Below are positions 33,299 through 34,206 of a DNA stretch of 34,206 nucleotides, piece after piece. The translations under genes were made by a program, and so were the position numbers. The stretch comes from Clostridia bacterium. Lineage in GTDB: Bacteria; Bacillota; Clostridia; Christensenellales; Aristaeellaceae. A model generated the notes under the pieces. That model was not told the DNA's origin, made no database searches, and saw only the letters and a program-made list of their open reading frames with translations. The DNA is taken from NCBI GenBank assembly GCA_045605625.1, contig JAZUQI010000205.1, positions 1 to 34,206 of the forward strand. Direction: 5' to 3'. Position 1 is the stretch's first letter. Every line of letters starts with the position of its first letter.

Positions 33299-34135
33299 TC
33301 AGCGCCTTTCCCTTGCAAATTTCACCGCTTCAACAGGCGTCATCAGGTGCCGCTTTTTGAAATCGTGCAGCATATGGGCCTGATCGGTGTAGCCGTACTT
33401 TTCCACCATATCCAGCGTGCTGAAAGAGGGCGAAAAAGCCATTTCCTGCCACATCAGCTGATACCGCACCAGGGATGAAAACGCCTTGGGGGATATGCCC
33501 ATCATCCATTCAAAATCCCGTTCCATTTTTCGGGCGGATATGCCTGTATATTGGGTAAGGCCGGAAATCTTTTCCTGCCCCCGGCTTTCCAGAATGCGAT
33601 AAACGGCATTGAGAAAATCCCCCTGTGCTGTTCCCTTTTCCAGCCGTTTCAGCAGCAGCCTTTCGGCCATCCGCATCTTTTCCTCCATGGTTTTGCAATC
33701 AAACATACAGGGCATCAGCGCCTTCCGGATGGCCTTGGAAAAGGCTTCCCCATCCATCCGTGCATTCCTGGTATTTTGCAATCCCCCATCGGCAAACAGC
33801 ACCGCCGTCCAGGCGTAAAAACGAATGCCGAAGGTGGCCGTTTCGTCCATCGCCGTATGGCCACGGGTGATTTGTGATGTATCATCCATGCCGCAGAAAG
33901 TGGAAAACAGGGTGTTTTTCGTGTAATTGATATCGAAAATCACGTCCATGCAGGTATCGGGAATCACAAGGCCGCAGGTGAGCGCCGCATCCTTTGGCCG
34001 CACCGGCCTTTTCGTTCCCCAGAAACAGCGGATATAGGGCTTCAGCGCATCGCAGGGCGGCACTTCCATGTAGGTTTCATCCTGCTGATAGGGTGTGCCC
34101 GTAATGGGATGATACATGCCGGCCAGCCTGTGCAT
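33299..34135 (-). CDS. AraC-family transcriptional regulator
   Basis: C-terminal double HTH (LTQYTGISARKMERDFEWMMGISPKAFSSLVRYQL...YGYTDQAHMLHDFKK). RBS GGAGGAG. Confidence 0.85.
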   Translation of the reverse strand: MHRLAGMYHPITGTPYQQDETYMEVPPCDALKPYIRCFWGTKRPVRPKDAALTCGLVIPDTCMDVIFDINYTKNTLFSTFCGMDDTSQITRGHTAMDETATFGIRFYAWTAVLFADGGLQNTRNARMDGEAFSKAIRKALMPCMFDCKTMEEKMRMAERLLLKRLEKGTAQGDFLNAVYRILESRGQEKISGLTQYTGISARKMERDFEWMMGISPKAFSSLVRYQLMWQEMAFSPSFSTLDMVEKYGYTDQAHMLHDFKKRHLMTPVEAVKFARERR

Positions 34136-34206
34136 ACGCTCTCCTCCTTTTTTCTTTTATCTTACCATACTCTGCTTTTCCCTGCAACGAAAAAAGGCAC
34201 AGCCAA

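Noticed and set aside
1-34206. Looked for CRISPR arrays, rRNA genes, IS or transposon ends, group I/II introns, retron/DGR-type repeats and toxin-antitoxin pairs.
   Set aside because: I found no regularly spaced direct repeats, no transposase, integrase or reverse-transcriptase-like ORFs, and no rRNA-like sequence. The only tandem repeat seen is the 83-nt unit at 4041-4187.

Overview
This 34.2-kb chromosomal window looks like a core region of a Gram-positive, Clostridia-type genome. That taxonomic guess is inferred from gene order, GGAGG-type ribosome-binding sites and codon style. About 80% of it is housekeeping genes on the minus strand, in two clusters that match the Bacillus subtilis order. 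(1) yicC, an M50-like protease in the remA slot, gmk, rpoZ, coaBC, priA, def, fmt, rsmB, rlmN, PP2C phosphatase, PASTA Ser/Thr kinase, rsgA, rpe, rsmA (21783 down to 6613). Many junctions are 4- or 8-nt overlaps. (2) ylxM, ffh, rpsP, KH protein, rimM, trmD (26932 down to 23247). The left edge carries a dGTPase-like gene and dnaG; dnaG is truncated by the window and absent from the ORF track. Next come yebC plus a secreted C39-like peptidase, a divergent secreted NlpC/P60 peptidase, tRNA-Leu(UAA) and a Cof-type HAD phosphatase. The right third is accessory: a secreted GH10 xylanase with two CBM22-like modules, a GH39 beta-xylosidase co-oriented with a short DtxR/MntR-like regulator, a CxxC zinc-ribbon protein, an XRE regulator, an all-alpha hypothetical protein and an AraC regulator. 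I saw no CRISPR array, transposase, integrase, rRNA or recognisable defence or toxin module, and I cannot support a new multi-gene system here. The most unusual signal is non-coding. A tandemly duplicated 83-nt two-hairpin unit lies between a near-consensus promoter and the NlpC/P60 gene (4041-4187), and a compensatory base-pair change separates the two copies. Other points are smaller: an AT-rich 470-bp gap beside tRNA-Leu(UAA), a Lys/Gly/Phe-repeat N-terminal extension on RsmB, and an M50-like protease where remA is expected. There is also a small nucleotidyltransferase joined to trmD by an ATGA overlap where rplS is expected, and paired TTGAC-containing palindromes in the ylxM/xylanase divergent region. 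Nearly every large gene has a long codon-aligned antisense ORF in the track; I treat these as codon-usage artefacts.
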